Positions 28,143 to 38,123 of a stretch of DNA of 64,000 nt are shown in pieces; the stretch's first letter is position 1; every line of letters begins with the position of its first letter. Location of the stretch: IMG/VR virus record IMGVR_UViG_3300035698_006641, positions 32,846 to 96,845 of that record; one strand, 5' to 3'. The notes under the pieces are model-generated. The model was not told the origin of the DNA. It worked only from the letters and a program-made list of their open reading frames with translations, and did not search any database. Origin of the DNA: a virus. The position numbers were made by a program, and so were the translations under genes.

Positions 28143-29319
28143 AAGATTCTCTGTCCCAGTCTTTAACTACACCGAACCTTAACTTCCCAGCTGGAGTAAG
28201 TCCTTGGTACGAAACGGTTACTGTCTTTCCTATATAGTTCTCTCGGTTTTTAAACTTATCCCTGCAGAACCCTTCAGACCCTTTAACCCCAGCCCCACTT
28301 ATAATTCCTCCAGGAAGTCTTACTAGAACCTGCTTAGCTTTTCCGGCCCAAGCACCAACTCCATCAGACACTTCTAATAGTTCAAATTCCGCATCGCTGA
28401 ATGGTTTGACCTTCAGAAGGTTCCAGGTTCGTTTGTCCTCCTCGTATCCAAGGTTGTACCTGAGCATAGCGCCCTCATAACCTTGATCTAAGAGCTCTTC
28501 ATAAACAGACTCAACTTCTTGATGGTTCCTTACCGAGATTGAAGAGACTAATTGTATCACTCCTATCACTTCCGGGAATTCATAAGTAATCACCTGAACG
28601 AATCGAGACATGCGATCAAGGAACGGAGCATCCAATCCCAGACCGTCAATTGATGGAACATCATAAATATGGTATTGTACAACCGCCTTGATAGCCTCTC
28701 TTTTTTCGTCATCCATATGCTCTTCTGACTTTTTAATCAGAGAGACAAGGGAATTGAAGTCATCCTTTAGAGACTCATTGTAAAGTTCTCCATCGAGCCT
28801 TAAGTCCGGGTATTTCTCGAAGACGGGCTTTAGGGTTTCAAGTACATGAAATCCACCACCGAATGGCTTACCTTTGCGGGAAAGGCCCTTATCCTTATCA
28901 ACCTCAAATCTCAGACCATCTAGTTTACTTTGACATATTGCAGGAAACTTCACCTTATCGGGCTTCGTGTAGGCCTTGAGATCCTTGTCCCAACCACATA
29001 GAGTGAAGTATTCTTTAGCCAACATTGGTTTGAAGAATGCTGCCCGTGCCTCTGACACATTGTTAATATCCTCTGTGTATCCTGAGTCCAGCTTCTTCTG
29101 GTACTTAGATGCTGCTTCGGACTCTGCCTGTTCATCAGGGGTTGTCGCATTAGAGCGTCCAACGTTCTTAGCTACAGCTACTGTGGGTTTATTCACCTTG
29201 ATCTTCCCGCCTACCTGTCCAGACTCGGACCAGTATTTGGAACCATCTGTGAATACGGCCCACTGCTGCAATTTTCCTGTGCTTGACTCTTTAAATAGAG
29301 TCTCTTTAATTTGATTCAT
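28135..29319 (-). CDS. ATP-dependent DNA ligase with N-terminal WGR-like domain
   Basis: SKLDGLR, LDGELY, YDV, EGAMLR, LLKVK, OB-fold tail. Confidence 0.93.
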   Translation of the reverse strand: MNQIKETLFKESSTGKLQQWAVFTDGSKYWSESGQVGGKIKVNKPTVAVAKNVGRSNATTPDEQAESEAASKYQKKLDSGYTEDINNVSEARAAFFKPMLAKEYFTLCGWDKDLKAYTKPDKVKFPAICQSKLDGLRFEVDKDKGLSRKGKPFGGGFHVLETLKPVFEKYPDLRLDGELYNESLKDDFNSLVSLIKKSEEHMDDEKREAIKAVVQYHIYDVPSIDGLGLDAPFLDRMSRFVQVITYEFPEVIGVIQLVSSISVRNHQEVESVYEELLDQGYEGAMLRYNLGYEEDKRTWNLLKVKPFSDAEFELLEVSDGVGAWAGKAKQVLVRLPGGIISGAGVKGSEGFCRDKFKNRENYIGKTVTVSYQGLTPAGKLRFGVVKDWDRESYE

Positions 29320-29436
29320 AATCTATCACTCTCCGTTTTCTTCGTTAAATACTTCAACGACACAGCCAAACGTGGCCGCGGTGTTACGTCCTTCTTTGAT
29401 ACTATAGACCCTATAATTAGAATTACGTTTCGCTCT

Positions 29437-30654
29437 CTATTGACTTGGAGGTGCAAACTCTCTAATCGGGTGTATAGCTATACATAACTCGTTCTGCAGC
29501 AACGCCATAACTTCCGGAGTGTTCTGAAGCTTCAGACCAAACTCAGTAGCTCTGATGAAGTCATCAACGCCAAGAGTGCTGCTCTTCGCAAACATTCCGT
29601 GGCCCTGAACGTACTTCGTTTCCATATCAAACACCTTCTTAATTTTGTTGTAGTGTTGTGACAGGAAGTGAGTATCTGCTGCACCCCAGTCATACGCAAC
29701 TTCACGATGCTTCATTCCATCCTCGTCAGTCGAGTAATTAACGATCACTGGTACGGAAATGGTTTGATCAGGTCCATCAGGGCCGATTGCGCTGAATCGA
29801 ACACCCATCGTAATGATGCGGCCTTCTTTTCCTGCACCGGGCTTGTTAGCCTTCGCCTTATTGTAGGCAGAGGTTCCACCTTTCTTGAATGTCAGGTCAA
29901 GGGATGTATAGTAGTCCTGAGACACTCCACCAGCTCTAACCCTTCCAGCGAACCCGTCTTGACGTGCCTGCTCCTGATTCACGTAATGGAATACAGAGGG
30001 CCATCGCTCAGACATACCACCACAAGTTAGGCGACGTCCACTATCCCTAAAGAACTGATAAAGAGACTTGGCGTTCTGCTGGCCTACTCGGCTCATAGCA
30101 ACTCCGCCCTCGTTCTCTACAAGCTCATCGGTTCCAGCTTTACAGTTTGCACCTGTCAGCGTGTCTAGGATTGTGATGGACGGGATGAGGCACTCTTTTG
30201 GTGTCGCATACGTCTTCATGATATCCGCAGACTGCTTCAGTACAATAGACTGCCACTGCTCATTGGTAGTGGCCACAGTAAGTGTACACCGCTGTCGAAG
30301 GATCTCTGGGTCGATTCCAGTCGCGTCAATCATGTCACGGAGGGTATCAGCCGCTGCCTTGGTCTCGGTGTCGATTACGTTTGCCATCCCACCAGCCATA
30401 ATGAACCACTGCATCAATTGGTATCCGAATGTAGACTTAAAAGTCTTCGGCTCACCAGCTGAACTGGTCATACGTCCCAAAGGCCATCCGTTAGAGTTGA
30501 TAAGCCACTGAAGAGCAATCGTTGGGACTGCCACAACCTCAAGGGTCTTAGATGGATCGCTATATGGGACAGCCATTGTTCCACTGTCCGCAGCCGCGGA
30601 AACCATGATGTCCATCATTGCTGCGTACGGATCTTTAGATTTAACAGCAGCCAT
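29437..30654 (-). CDS. UvsX/RecA-like recombinase
   Basis: GWPLGR, AGEPKTFKST (T4 UvsX-type Walker A with FKS), IDTE, ILDTL, VNQ, GG. Confidence 0.8.
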   Translation of the reverse strand: MAAVKSKDPYAAMMDIMVSAAADSGTMAVPYSDPSKTLEVVAVPTIALQWLINSNGWPLGRMTSSAGEPKTFKSTFGYQLMQWFIMAGGMANVIDTETKAAADTLRDMIDATGIDPEILRQRCTLTVATTNEQWQSIVLKQSADIMKTYATPKECLIPSITILDTLTGANCKAGTDELVENEGGVAMSRVGQQNAKSLYQFFRDSGRRLTCGGMSERWPSVFHYVNQEQARQDGFAGRVRAGGVSQDYYTSLDLTFKKGGTSAYNKAKANKPGAGKEGRIITMGVRFSAIGPDGPDQTISVPVIVNYSTDEDGMKHREVAYDWGAADTHFLSQHYNKIKKVFDMETKYVQGHGMFAKSSTLGVDDFIRATEFGLKLQNTPEVMALLQNELCIAIHPIREFAPPSQ

Positions 30655-31073
30655 TAAACGGAACCCTTAATGGACGCAATGAACTTAGAGAGGTCTTCAG
30701 CAGCGGCCTCACCCAGATTAATAGCATCGAGTAGTGGCTGGGCTTTTAGATCCAGTTCTAGGCGTTTAGCCGCCCAAACTTCTTTAGCTGCGTCAAACTT
30801 TGCTTCAGATTTAACTAGCTCCTTCGGCACTTCTATAATATCGGAAATATTAATTGTCAGAGACCCATAATACGAGCTTTCGCATACGACTTGTTTAATT
30901 TCTTTAACTATCTCCGCTTTAGTTTTAAGCTTAAGAGTACCATTCTCCACACTATCCCTAATAGCCTGCGGCATAAATAAGGACTTAGCCGGGAATGCGC
31001 CTGAGGCGTTGGCAATTTCACTTTTAATCCGACCTACCATGTAGTCTTTTTCTTGTTTATTTAATTTAGACAT
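30654..31073 (-). CDS. hypothetical protein
   Basis: ORF, TAATG-coupled. Confidence 0.6.
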   Translation of the reverse strand: MSKLNKQEKDYMVGRIKSEIANASGAFPAKSLFMPQAIRDSVENGTLKLKTKAEIVKEIKQVVCESSYYGSLTINISDIIEVPKELVKSEAKFDAAKEVWAAKRLELDLKAQPLLDAINLGEAAAEDLSKFIASIKGSV

Positions 31074-31074
31074 A

Positions 31075-31473
31075 CTACTTTTTCTTTCTTTTTTTCTTTT
31101 TTAACCTAAAATACTTTGCAGCTCCATTCTCTGAAACCAAGCGCCACCACCCTCCATTACGAAAAACGTAATTGTACCCATAAGAAAAATCAACAATGGA
31201 TTTTTCATATTCAGCATAAGAGACATATTGCTCAACAATACAGTCGGCCATTGCCTCCCCGTTAAATACGGCATGATTACACTCAGTCTTGGTAGGGGCT
31301 AAGCACTCAAAATCACCTAGTATTATCAAATCCACCACTACTTGGAGCTTCGTGTAGTTGGTGCAGAGTATAGGGGCTACTTCTGAAGGAGAAACTCCCG
31401 AAGTAAACACAGACACAATTACTGCGCCTGGGTTACCTGGGAGCTCAACGGCTATACTAGCGTTATCCTGCAT
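31075..31473 (-). CDS. phage hypothetical protein
   Basis: ORF with YNYVFRNGGW and a poly-K tail. Confidence 0.5.
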   Translation of the reverse strand: MQDNASIAVELPGNPGAVIVSVFTSGVSPSEVAPILCTNYTKLQVVVDLIILGDFECLAPTKTECNHAVFNGEAMADCIVEQYVSYAEYEKSIVDFSYGYNYVFRNGGWWRLVSENGAAKYFRLKKKKRKKK

Positions 31474-32317
31474 TAGCGTTTAATTTAGCCAATCCCGCTT
31501 CAACAGTCTTCCGATAGGCTTCCGGGACCTGTGATAGATCAACCGGCATTGGAGCCGCTGGAACTGGTACCGCTGGGGCCACTGGGGCCGCTGGTGCTGG
31601 GGCCACTGGGGCCGCTGGTGCTGGGGCCACTAGAACTGGTGCCGCTGGGGCTACTGGTGCCGGTGCTGGGGCGCTTGCCAGAACAGGTGTGGGGAGTGGA
31701 GCAGCAGAGACAGCATTGGTTGCTGCTGAGTTAACCCACTCTACATATTCATCTGAGGAGGTAATCTCATCTTGTACCCACTGTGGAATACTACCAGGAA
31801 CCGCAATATCACCAGATGCATCCGGCTCTAGAGCAAAGAACTCTGGGGCAATAGTTCCAGCAATAGCTGCTACTGTTTCTGGAATCTCTGTATGATTAGT
31901 GATTTTGAACTTTCCTTCTTTGTACTCTTCAATCGTAACCCATACGTTCTTTCCGAGCAGGGTTGACGGATCAATCCCTTCATCTAAAGAGCCCTCATGA
32001 GATGCTCCTAAAATAGCCTTGACCTTCTTGTAAAAGGCAGAGGTTTTACCAGATTTCGGGTTAAACCAGAGATTAAACTCTGATCCATCCAAAATGGTCA
32101 TAGGGAACTCTGTTCCGGTCTTATCTTTATAGGTATGCCCAGCCAACTCATATTTCAACGCGATTTTCTGACGTCTGTCATCAATCGCTTTATCTTTGTT
32201 GAAGAAGTTAGGGTGTGTACCTAAGTTATACACGCCAACTACCACAGCGTGAACTGTTCCAGTTGGGTAAACGAGGGACTTAGATTCTCCCTCTTCTCGT
32301 TTTAGTAAAAATGCCAT
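31463..32317 (-). CDS. putative single-stranded DNA-binding/annealing protein with Pro/Ala-rich tail
   Basis: PTGTVHAVVVGVYNLGTH...LLGK...IPQWVQDEI; lies between polA and uvsX. Confidence 0.6.
   Translation of the reverse strand: MAFLLKREEGESKSLVYPTGTVHAVVVGVYNLGTHPNFFNKDKAIDDRRQKIALKYELAGHTYKDKTGTEFPMTILDGSEFNLWFNPKSGKTSAFYKKVKAILGASHEGSLDEGIDPSTLLGKNVWVTIEEYKEGKFKITNHTEIPETVAAIAGTIAPEFFALEPDASGDIAVPGSIPQWVQDEITSSDEYVEWVNSAATNAVSAAPLPTPVLASAPAPAPVAPAAPVLVAPAPAAPVAPAPAAPVAPAVPVPAAPMPVDLSQVPEAYRKTVEAGLAKLNANAG
31572..31630. repeat. 24-bp tandem repeat encoding PAAPVAPA
   Basis: gctggggccactggggccgctggt x2 plus a partial copy. Confidence 0.8.
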
Positions 32318-32336
32318 ATATTTCTTTCTGTTGTTG

Positions 32337-32834
32337 TTATGCTTCGATTTCGAAAAGACGTTTCCGCATCGGTTTTATCAAAGTATAAGATTTTTCACTC
32401 ACAGCATAAGGATCATCTGCGAATATCGTAAGGTGGTCAATAACCCGGTCTTGAAGGTAAGGGGTATAGCGACGTTGGTCCAGTACCGCAAATAGATCAA
32501 AGAAGTTCGTACGGGCCATTGTCTCATACTTGTGGTCCACAGCCTTAGTTACTCCGTTTTCAAGACACGACCCGATAACGAAACTATGCACGGCGAGAAG
32601 CATCTCAGCGTACACTAGCGGTTTCGGCATATCAAGGATCGAGATCTTGAGAAGTCGGGTGTTGAGGACCATTCCGAGATCTACACGGACGTCATCACAA
32701 ATTTTATTTATTTTCTTATCTCCGATGTTACCCGTATACAAAGACGAACGAATAGTACTGACCGATTCGTCGATAGCTTTAGTGATCCATAAGGCCAGAT
32801 CGCGTTTTCCCCACTGCGTAATTGTTGCTGCCAT
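32337..32834 (-). CDS. hypothetical protein
   Basis: ORF with AGGA RBS. Confidence 0.6.
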   Translation of the reverse strand: MAATITQWGKRDLALWITKAIDESVSTIRSSLYTGNIGDKKINKICDDVRVDLGMVLNTRLLKISILDMPKPLVYAEMLLAVHSFVIGSCLENGVTKAVDHKYETMARTNFFDLFAVLDQRRYTPYLQDRVIDHLTIFADDPYAVSEKSYTLIKPMRKRLFEIEA

Positions 32835-32932
32835 AATTTTATTTCCTAATTGTTTGAATTTTTAACAAAAGACTACACCGAATGTGAGTCTCATTATATT
32901 GTTGTTATTTTGTTTGGAACGCATTCCAAAGT

Positions 32933-33232
32933 TTACATGTCAGCTAAGCTCTCAGCTATAGCTAACTCCATTGTTGTTGAGTGAGACCAATGGTATTCAT
33001 ACTCAATGTCTGTTTTAAGTTTAAGCCCAACAGATGGGATTTGCGCCATTTCCTCCATTGCCCATGGTACAATCTCTTTGGCATACTGCTCTACGAAGCT
33101 ACAATGCACGATAGAGTACACGGCATCGTGGAATGGGCAGATCACAGAGAATGGAGCATTTGGATATAGCCTCTTGTACTTAGCGAGGTTTCCCATTGCT
33201 AGTTGGAGGATTCCGGCCACGGTTGATTGGAT
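32933..33232 (-). CDS. polA: DNA polymerase A exon 4 (IQSTVAG...FHDA motif C)
   Basis: joins exon 3 in frame as AINFP|IQSTVAG. Confidence 0.9.
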   Translation of the reverse strand: MQSTVAGILQLAMGNLAKYKRLYPNAPFSVICPFHDAVYSIVHCSFVEQYAKEIVPWAMEEMAQIPSVGLKLKTDIEYEYHWSHSTTMELAIAESLADM

Positions 33233-34429
33233 CGATTTTGTTACCCAGCAGGCTCTTTATCCTGCTGTTCTAACGCTAGGATGCGTTTGGCATATTCAAC
33301 TTTAAACGTACTGAACTCATGCTCAGTTTTTGTGTGCTTCAGCTGGTTGCAGTTTTTGCAACACGGGGCAATATTACTCGGTTTTATTAGCTCAGCGAAC
33401 CTCTCTAGGTTATCCGCTGAACTAAGCGGGGTCCGGTGGTCAAATGTAGTAACCTCGGTGGTTAGGGTTTCACCACAGTATACACACCTATACCCAACAG
33501 ACTCTAACATCTGAGTAAGATCTTGAGGTTTGATTACACTAGGGAGGTCATCGATCTTTGGATCTACAGTATCGATGAGCATCGATAGCTTCTGAGTTGC
33601 CCTAGAGTTTATTGAGTAAGCCCTCTGACGAAGATAGTTATGTGTAAATGAGTCCGGTCGTTTATTACCGCTGAAGTACTTATCTAAGCACTCATCGCAT
33701 AACTTATGCACGCGACCACCAGAGGTTCCTCGCTTACCAGCTGTATTAGAGAACTCCTTTAGAGACTTTTTTCCGAAGCACTTTGAGCAAATCCTCTGCC
33801 CTGTAGCTTTCAGCTCTTCATTCATCTCATCAATTCCCAGCTCCCTTTCCCCAAATACCCTACTTCTACGAGCATCAACTACCCTAGCAGACTTACACGG
33901 GGTGCACTCTGTATAGGCTGGTTTGCTCAAATCTGAGTTATCTATAGGTACCCCACACGTTTTGCAAGTGGTTCTACGGGTTTCACGCCAGTCAACCTCT
34001 TTAGTAGGGCCCAACATTCTTCGACGTCTTTTAGACTCTCTTATAAAAGATAATTGACACTTCTTACACCTAGGAAAAGACTTCTTGGTCATATCAGAGT
34101 TATCAATATAGGTTCCACAGTCTTTACATGTGGTTCTTCGCGGCCACCCGCCTTGTTGTTTACGTTTTGTTGTTTCCATTGCATCCTTTACAGTCTTACG
34201 TTAGTCCAGGCCATATCATAACCACCATTTGGTGGTCCAGAGCGCTCGTGGACGAATTATAGGCGGTCTGCCCAGTCGTCTGGTCGTTGCACTTTCGACG
34301 GGTTCCCCCGAAACTTAGCTCATGATTACCAAACTACCACACTAGGCTGACTAAGTCAACCAAAAGTAGTAGCACTGTAAAGGCTTCCCATGAATTCACT
34401 CTGTTTTTATTCCCCAATTCCAATATTTT
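33233..34429 (-). mobile_element. group I intron 3 in polA (1197 nt) with HNH ORF
   Basis: exon ends in U (CCT), intron ends in G (AAAATCG); GTGCAACGACCAG and GATATGGCC core elements; 3' GGATAAAGAGCC hairpin. Confidence 0.88.
33241..34179 (-). CDS. intron-encoded HNH homing endonuclease with tandem Zn fingers
   Basis: CVYCG...FDHRTPLS...NIAPCCKNCNQLK; two RRTTCKxCG..IDNSD..C..C repeats. Confidence 0.85.
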   Translation of the reverse strand: METTKRKQQGGWPRRTTCKDCGTYIDNSDMTKKSFPRCKKCQLSFIRESKRRRRMLGPTKEVDWRETRRTTCKTCGVPIDNSDLSKPAYTECTPCKSARVVDARRSRVFGERELGIDEMNEELKATGQRICSKCFGKKSLKEFSNTAGKRGTSGGRVHKLCDECLDKYFSGNKRPDSFTHNYLRQRAYSINSRATQKLSMLIDTVDPKIDDLPSVIKPQDLTQMLESVGYRCVYCGETLTTEVTTFDHRTPLSSADNLERFAELIKPSNIAPCCKNCNQLKHTKTEHEFSTFKVEYAKRILALEQQDKEPAG

Positions 34430-34693
34430 AGGGAAATTGATGGCTGCTCTCTCTTGAGAAGCCATTATACTCCTGCTTGAGCTATGAAAGAAGTACCTTC
34501 TCATCCCAAATGGGTTCTCAGCGTATCCCGGATTATATACCGCGGCACGTTGTCGATCCATGTACTCTTCTAGTTTTGGGTAACTGTTAAAGATACCCTC
34601 AATTACTCGTTCTGCGTAGGCTTTGTCAGCGTCCTTAATCCCAGCAATGGTTAATTGTCGGGCTAGTGAGTAAGCTGAGCGGCCATAGATTAA
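34430..34693 (-). CDS. polA: DNA polymerase A exon 3
   Basis: LIYGRSAYSLA...GYAENPFGMRR...ERAAINFP. Confidence 0.9.
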
Positions 34694-35061
34694 CGGTTTT
34701 GTTATCCTACTGGCTTTTTATCCAATAGTTCTGCACCTTCATTTTAGGTTATAGATGCAGCCCAGCATATCTTTTAACCCAGTAACGGGTCTCCCGGCCT
34801 CGTGGTAGCTGATAGGCGGTCTGCCCCTGCTACTATGCGTTGCCCCTGGATCCCATTCCTGGGAGCCTTCGGTTCTGGTTACCCTCCTCAGGGCTTTCCA
34901 GCTTCATTCCGGGATTTTAATTTGGCTATGAATTCGTTAAAATGTAATAAGTATTTTTGGGTGTCATCCCCAAAACTACTTATTACATTTTAACTTAATC
35001 GGCATTTAGTAACTCCTAATCTCTTTAGTCGTTATCATATAATACCGTCCTTCATTTATCA
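34694..35061 (-). mobile_element. group I intron 2 in polA (368 nt, no ORF)
   Basis: splits motif B LFG|LIYG; U at exon end, terminal G; TCCCGG/CCGGGA P3; GCATA/TATGC P7. Confidence 0.88.
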
Positions 35062-35274
35062 ACCAAATAGTACAATCTTACTTGCACTTCTAAGAGGGTT
35101 CATTTCCCTCTTAACGTACTTCTTTCTGTTCTCCCCATCAGGCACCTTTATTCCAAATGCCCGTATTGCAGTCTCACAGTGAATACACCTGTCATCATCC
35201 TCTGAGATTGATATTAGGTTTTCGTCCCCTGAGACTCTTGCTACTGCTGATATTTCTGCGGCTTGGTAATCTGC
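35062..35274 (-). CDS. polA: DNA polymerase A exon 2
   Basis: ADYQAAEI (motif A), IHCETA, RSASKIVLFG (motif B). Confidence 0.9.
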
Positions 35275-35565
35275 CTTGCATGTTCCCGTGTGGCTCTTTA
35301 TCCACACCTCTCGCTTTTCTTTTGTCATATAGCGAGATTAGACTATTTTTTGACCTCGTAGAGGTCTCCCGGACTCTTGGATTTATTATATTCTACATAC
35401 TGTAGTTTCAAAACCTAGTCGTTGCACGTGTCAGAGGTGTTACCCAAGGACTTCCGTTCGAGTTGCCCTCTTCAGGGGTTCCTCGTTTTTTCCGGGATCA
35501 TAATCCAAGTGATCGCTCACTTGGACGGCGCTAATCTAGTTGATTATACAACTAGACTGTTATTC
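35275..35565 (-). mobile_element. group I intron 1 in polA (291 nt, no ORF)
   Basis: splits motif A VIIG|ADY; U at exon end, terminal G; GTGCAACGACTAG and ATAGTCT (R/S, P7); TCCCGG/CCGGGA P3. Confidence 0.9.
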
Positions 35566-37785
35566 ACCAATAATTACATAGCCAGGAGGTGCTTTAATGC
35601 AACTCCTAATAACGTCGTACCTCGGGTCTAGTAGACCCTTATCCACCAACTCTCTACTATCTGCACCCTCCCATTTGTGCTCGTCAGAGAACATCTCATC
35701 ACTTAACGCGAACTGTTTTCTGATACTAGGTTCGGCGGAGGCACCGGGTAGGTTATTAAGGTTAGGCTTTAAACTTCTAAACCTTTGTGTCTCGGTAGTA
35801 GCTAAGTACGTCCCTCTGATCATTCCATCGTTATCTACACACCCTATCAATCCTGAGTCATATACCTCCTCTACGGATCCATCCTCGTCCTCAATGACAG
35901 ATGGTGGTCTCAAGAAGTTTGTTACAACTTGGTTAATAGCTTTATAGTTGATCACGGCATCCAGAAGATGCTCGTATCCTGGGTTAGCTTGAGATACTAG
36001 GGTTAACGCGTCTCCACTTGTTCCAGGACTTTCACTCATTTTGTCCTCCTCGTCTAGGGAGGCCCATTCCTTAGGGTATTTTCCGGTAGTCTGCGACGGT
36101 TCAAGTCCCAAGGTCTCTATGCCTTCAGGGAGCTTCTTAGTGCAATACCTTTGACCAAATAGATAACCCCTCAATAACTGACTGCCCGGATCAAATCCTT
36201 TCCAGGTCATATCCTCTAGAACACGTAGCAACTCCTCTTGCTTCTCTAAGAATAAAGATTGTAACTTTTTCATTAACGTGAGATCTACAGGCATACCAAC
36301 GTACTCAGGTTCAAAGATCCCAACGTCAGCCTTGCGTACCACGTTTAGGTAAGCGTCCAGCTGCGTCCAATTCTCTTTACCTTCGATTAAGTATCCAGCG
36401 TACCGAGGATCAATAGGGTTATTCCTAAGAGCCTCTTCTAGTTGTGGCCAGATCTGGATAACAGAATCTACATCTTTAGATGAGTATAAGAACATAATGT
36501 TATCCGGTATCTTGGAGTATCCATGTTTCTCTGTGTGAGACTTAAGTCCAGGAGTAGCTTTGATGTATTCTGTTAACCTGTTCTCATACATACCTAGGTC
36601 CGTATACTCTAATGCGCAATATGTTAGACCTACTGACTCAGTCTGTGGCTTAAGTGCATGGTATGCAGTCATTGTGTCAAATGCAAAGTTCTCTCTACAA
36701 TCAATACCAAGTCTCATCAAATGAATTAAGTCAACTTTAAAGTTATGACCTCCCAACTCTACACCGACCATCTCGAATAGAGCTTTCAGATACTCAACTT
36801 TTTCTGCGTGGTCTGGATACGGGACTAAATCAGGGTCAGTCATAGCCACAGTGAACGCCGTGTGTTCCTTAACAGAGAACTGTATATAACGCACTATGTC
36901 ATGCATAACGCCTTCTCTACCGTTCGGGTTGCCCCACTCGGTGTCTACGGCAATCCTTAACGGGTTACCGCGGATATATGCGTCCTGTAAGTATTCCATA
37001 AGAATATCCGTTACTACGGACTTAAGCTCTTTTGCATCTTCAATGAACCTGTAATCTTTATATTCCTGTGGTACGTCCCAAGGCATCTCTTCACCACCCA
37101 AGAGGGCAACTATCCTGATAAGATCAAGTTCTAGAGACATCTCTGAGCTGGGATTAGAGATAAGCTTGTACGGGTCCACTGTGTAGTAGACCGGGATACC
37201 TTCGTACGTCTCATGGGACTGCCCTTGGAAGTTTCCTACAAGCCCTTTAGACCCGTAAAGACCTTTTAATGAACCGGACCCAAGAACCAATATGGCCTCA
37301 GGGTTAATACGGCTTATAGACTCTCTTAGCACAGGTTGAAAAGCTGTGATAAACGGAACAAGTAGTTTCCCACCTTTCGGATAGAATGGAACTGCGTATG
37401 TGCAGTATATATCTTCCGGTTCCAATTCTGGAACTCTTCCGACAAGGGTGTCAACTATGAGCTCTAATTCAGGTACTGGCAGTCTGTTCTGCTGTGTACC
37501 TTCAATAGACGGGTGTGGGCAGACTATTAACAGCTTAGTTTGCCTAGACGGGTGTGGCTTTAGGTACTTTCCTCTAAGAGCATCATCCGATACTTGGTTG
37601 TTAATCTCTTTTGGCCAACCCCACAGTCCACTAGGAATTGTAGTGCACTCGATTTGTTTTAGTTTTTTAGTAAAGTCGGCTGTAAACGACTGTTTCTCGA
37701 TTAAGACTTTCTGAATAAACTGATCATCAGTTAAATCTAACTCTTGCGCTATACTGTGCAATGATGGTTTTAATAAATCAGCCAT
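35566..37785 (-). CDS. polA: DNA polymerase A exon 1: UDG-like domain, 3'-5' exonuclease and start of polymerase domain (spliced product about 998 aa)
   Basis: AVDTE, GHNFKVD, FDTM, YSSKDV; TETQRFRSLKPNLNNLP; IRSCIKAPPG. Confidence 0.92.
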
Positions 37786-37822
37786 ACTCCTCCCTCTGTG
37801 TTAATGCTTAGACCTATGTCTA

Positions 37823-38107
37823 TTAATCTTCAGCCTCTAATGAGGCAGAGACATCAGAGTCATACATAATAACGTAATCAACCCCATCCCTCTTGATGTC
37901 TACTCCTCCGTACTCCGGCAAGAGGACAACGTCATCTACATTAAGAAGATTAGGTACAAGTATTCCGTTGATTACCCTTCCTGGGCCAACGGCTACTACA
38001 GTGCCTTGATTCTTCTTAATTCCGCTAGAGACAAAAATGCCTCCAATCTCCTCTTCAACTGGGTCCTTTTTAATTAAGACCCGATTCTGTGTTGGTTTAA
38101 TATTAAT
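37823..38107 (-). CDS. groES: co-chaperonin GroES (probable ATT start)
   Basis: NIKPTQNRVLIKK, GGIFV, GTVVAVGPG, VLLPEYGG; GGAG 7 nt before ATT gives 94 aa. Confidence 0.88.
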   Translation of the reverse strand: MNIKPTQNRVLIKKDPVEEEIGGIFVSSGIKKNQGTVVAVGPGRVINGILVPNLLNVDDVVLLPEYGGVDIKRDGVDYVIMYDSDVSASLEAED

Positions 38108-38123
38108 ACTTAATCTCCACTTT

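Noticed and set aside
31540-31700. GC-rich tandem repeat as a regulatory or mobile element
   Set aside because: Explained by the Pro/Ala linker codons of the SSB-like gene
32933-35565. polA fragments as a pseudogene or split genes
   Set aside because: Precise U/G junctions, group I core elements and in-frame motif restoration indicate introns
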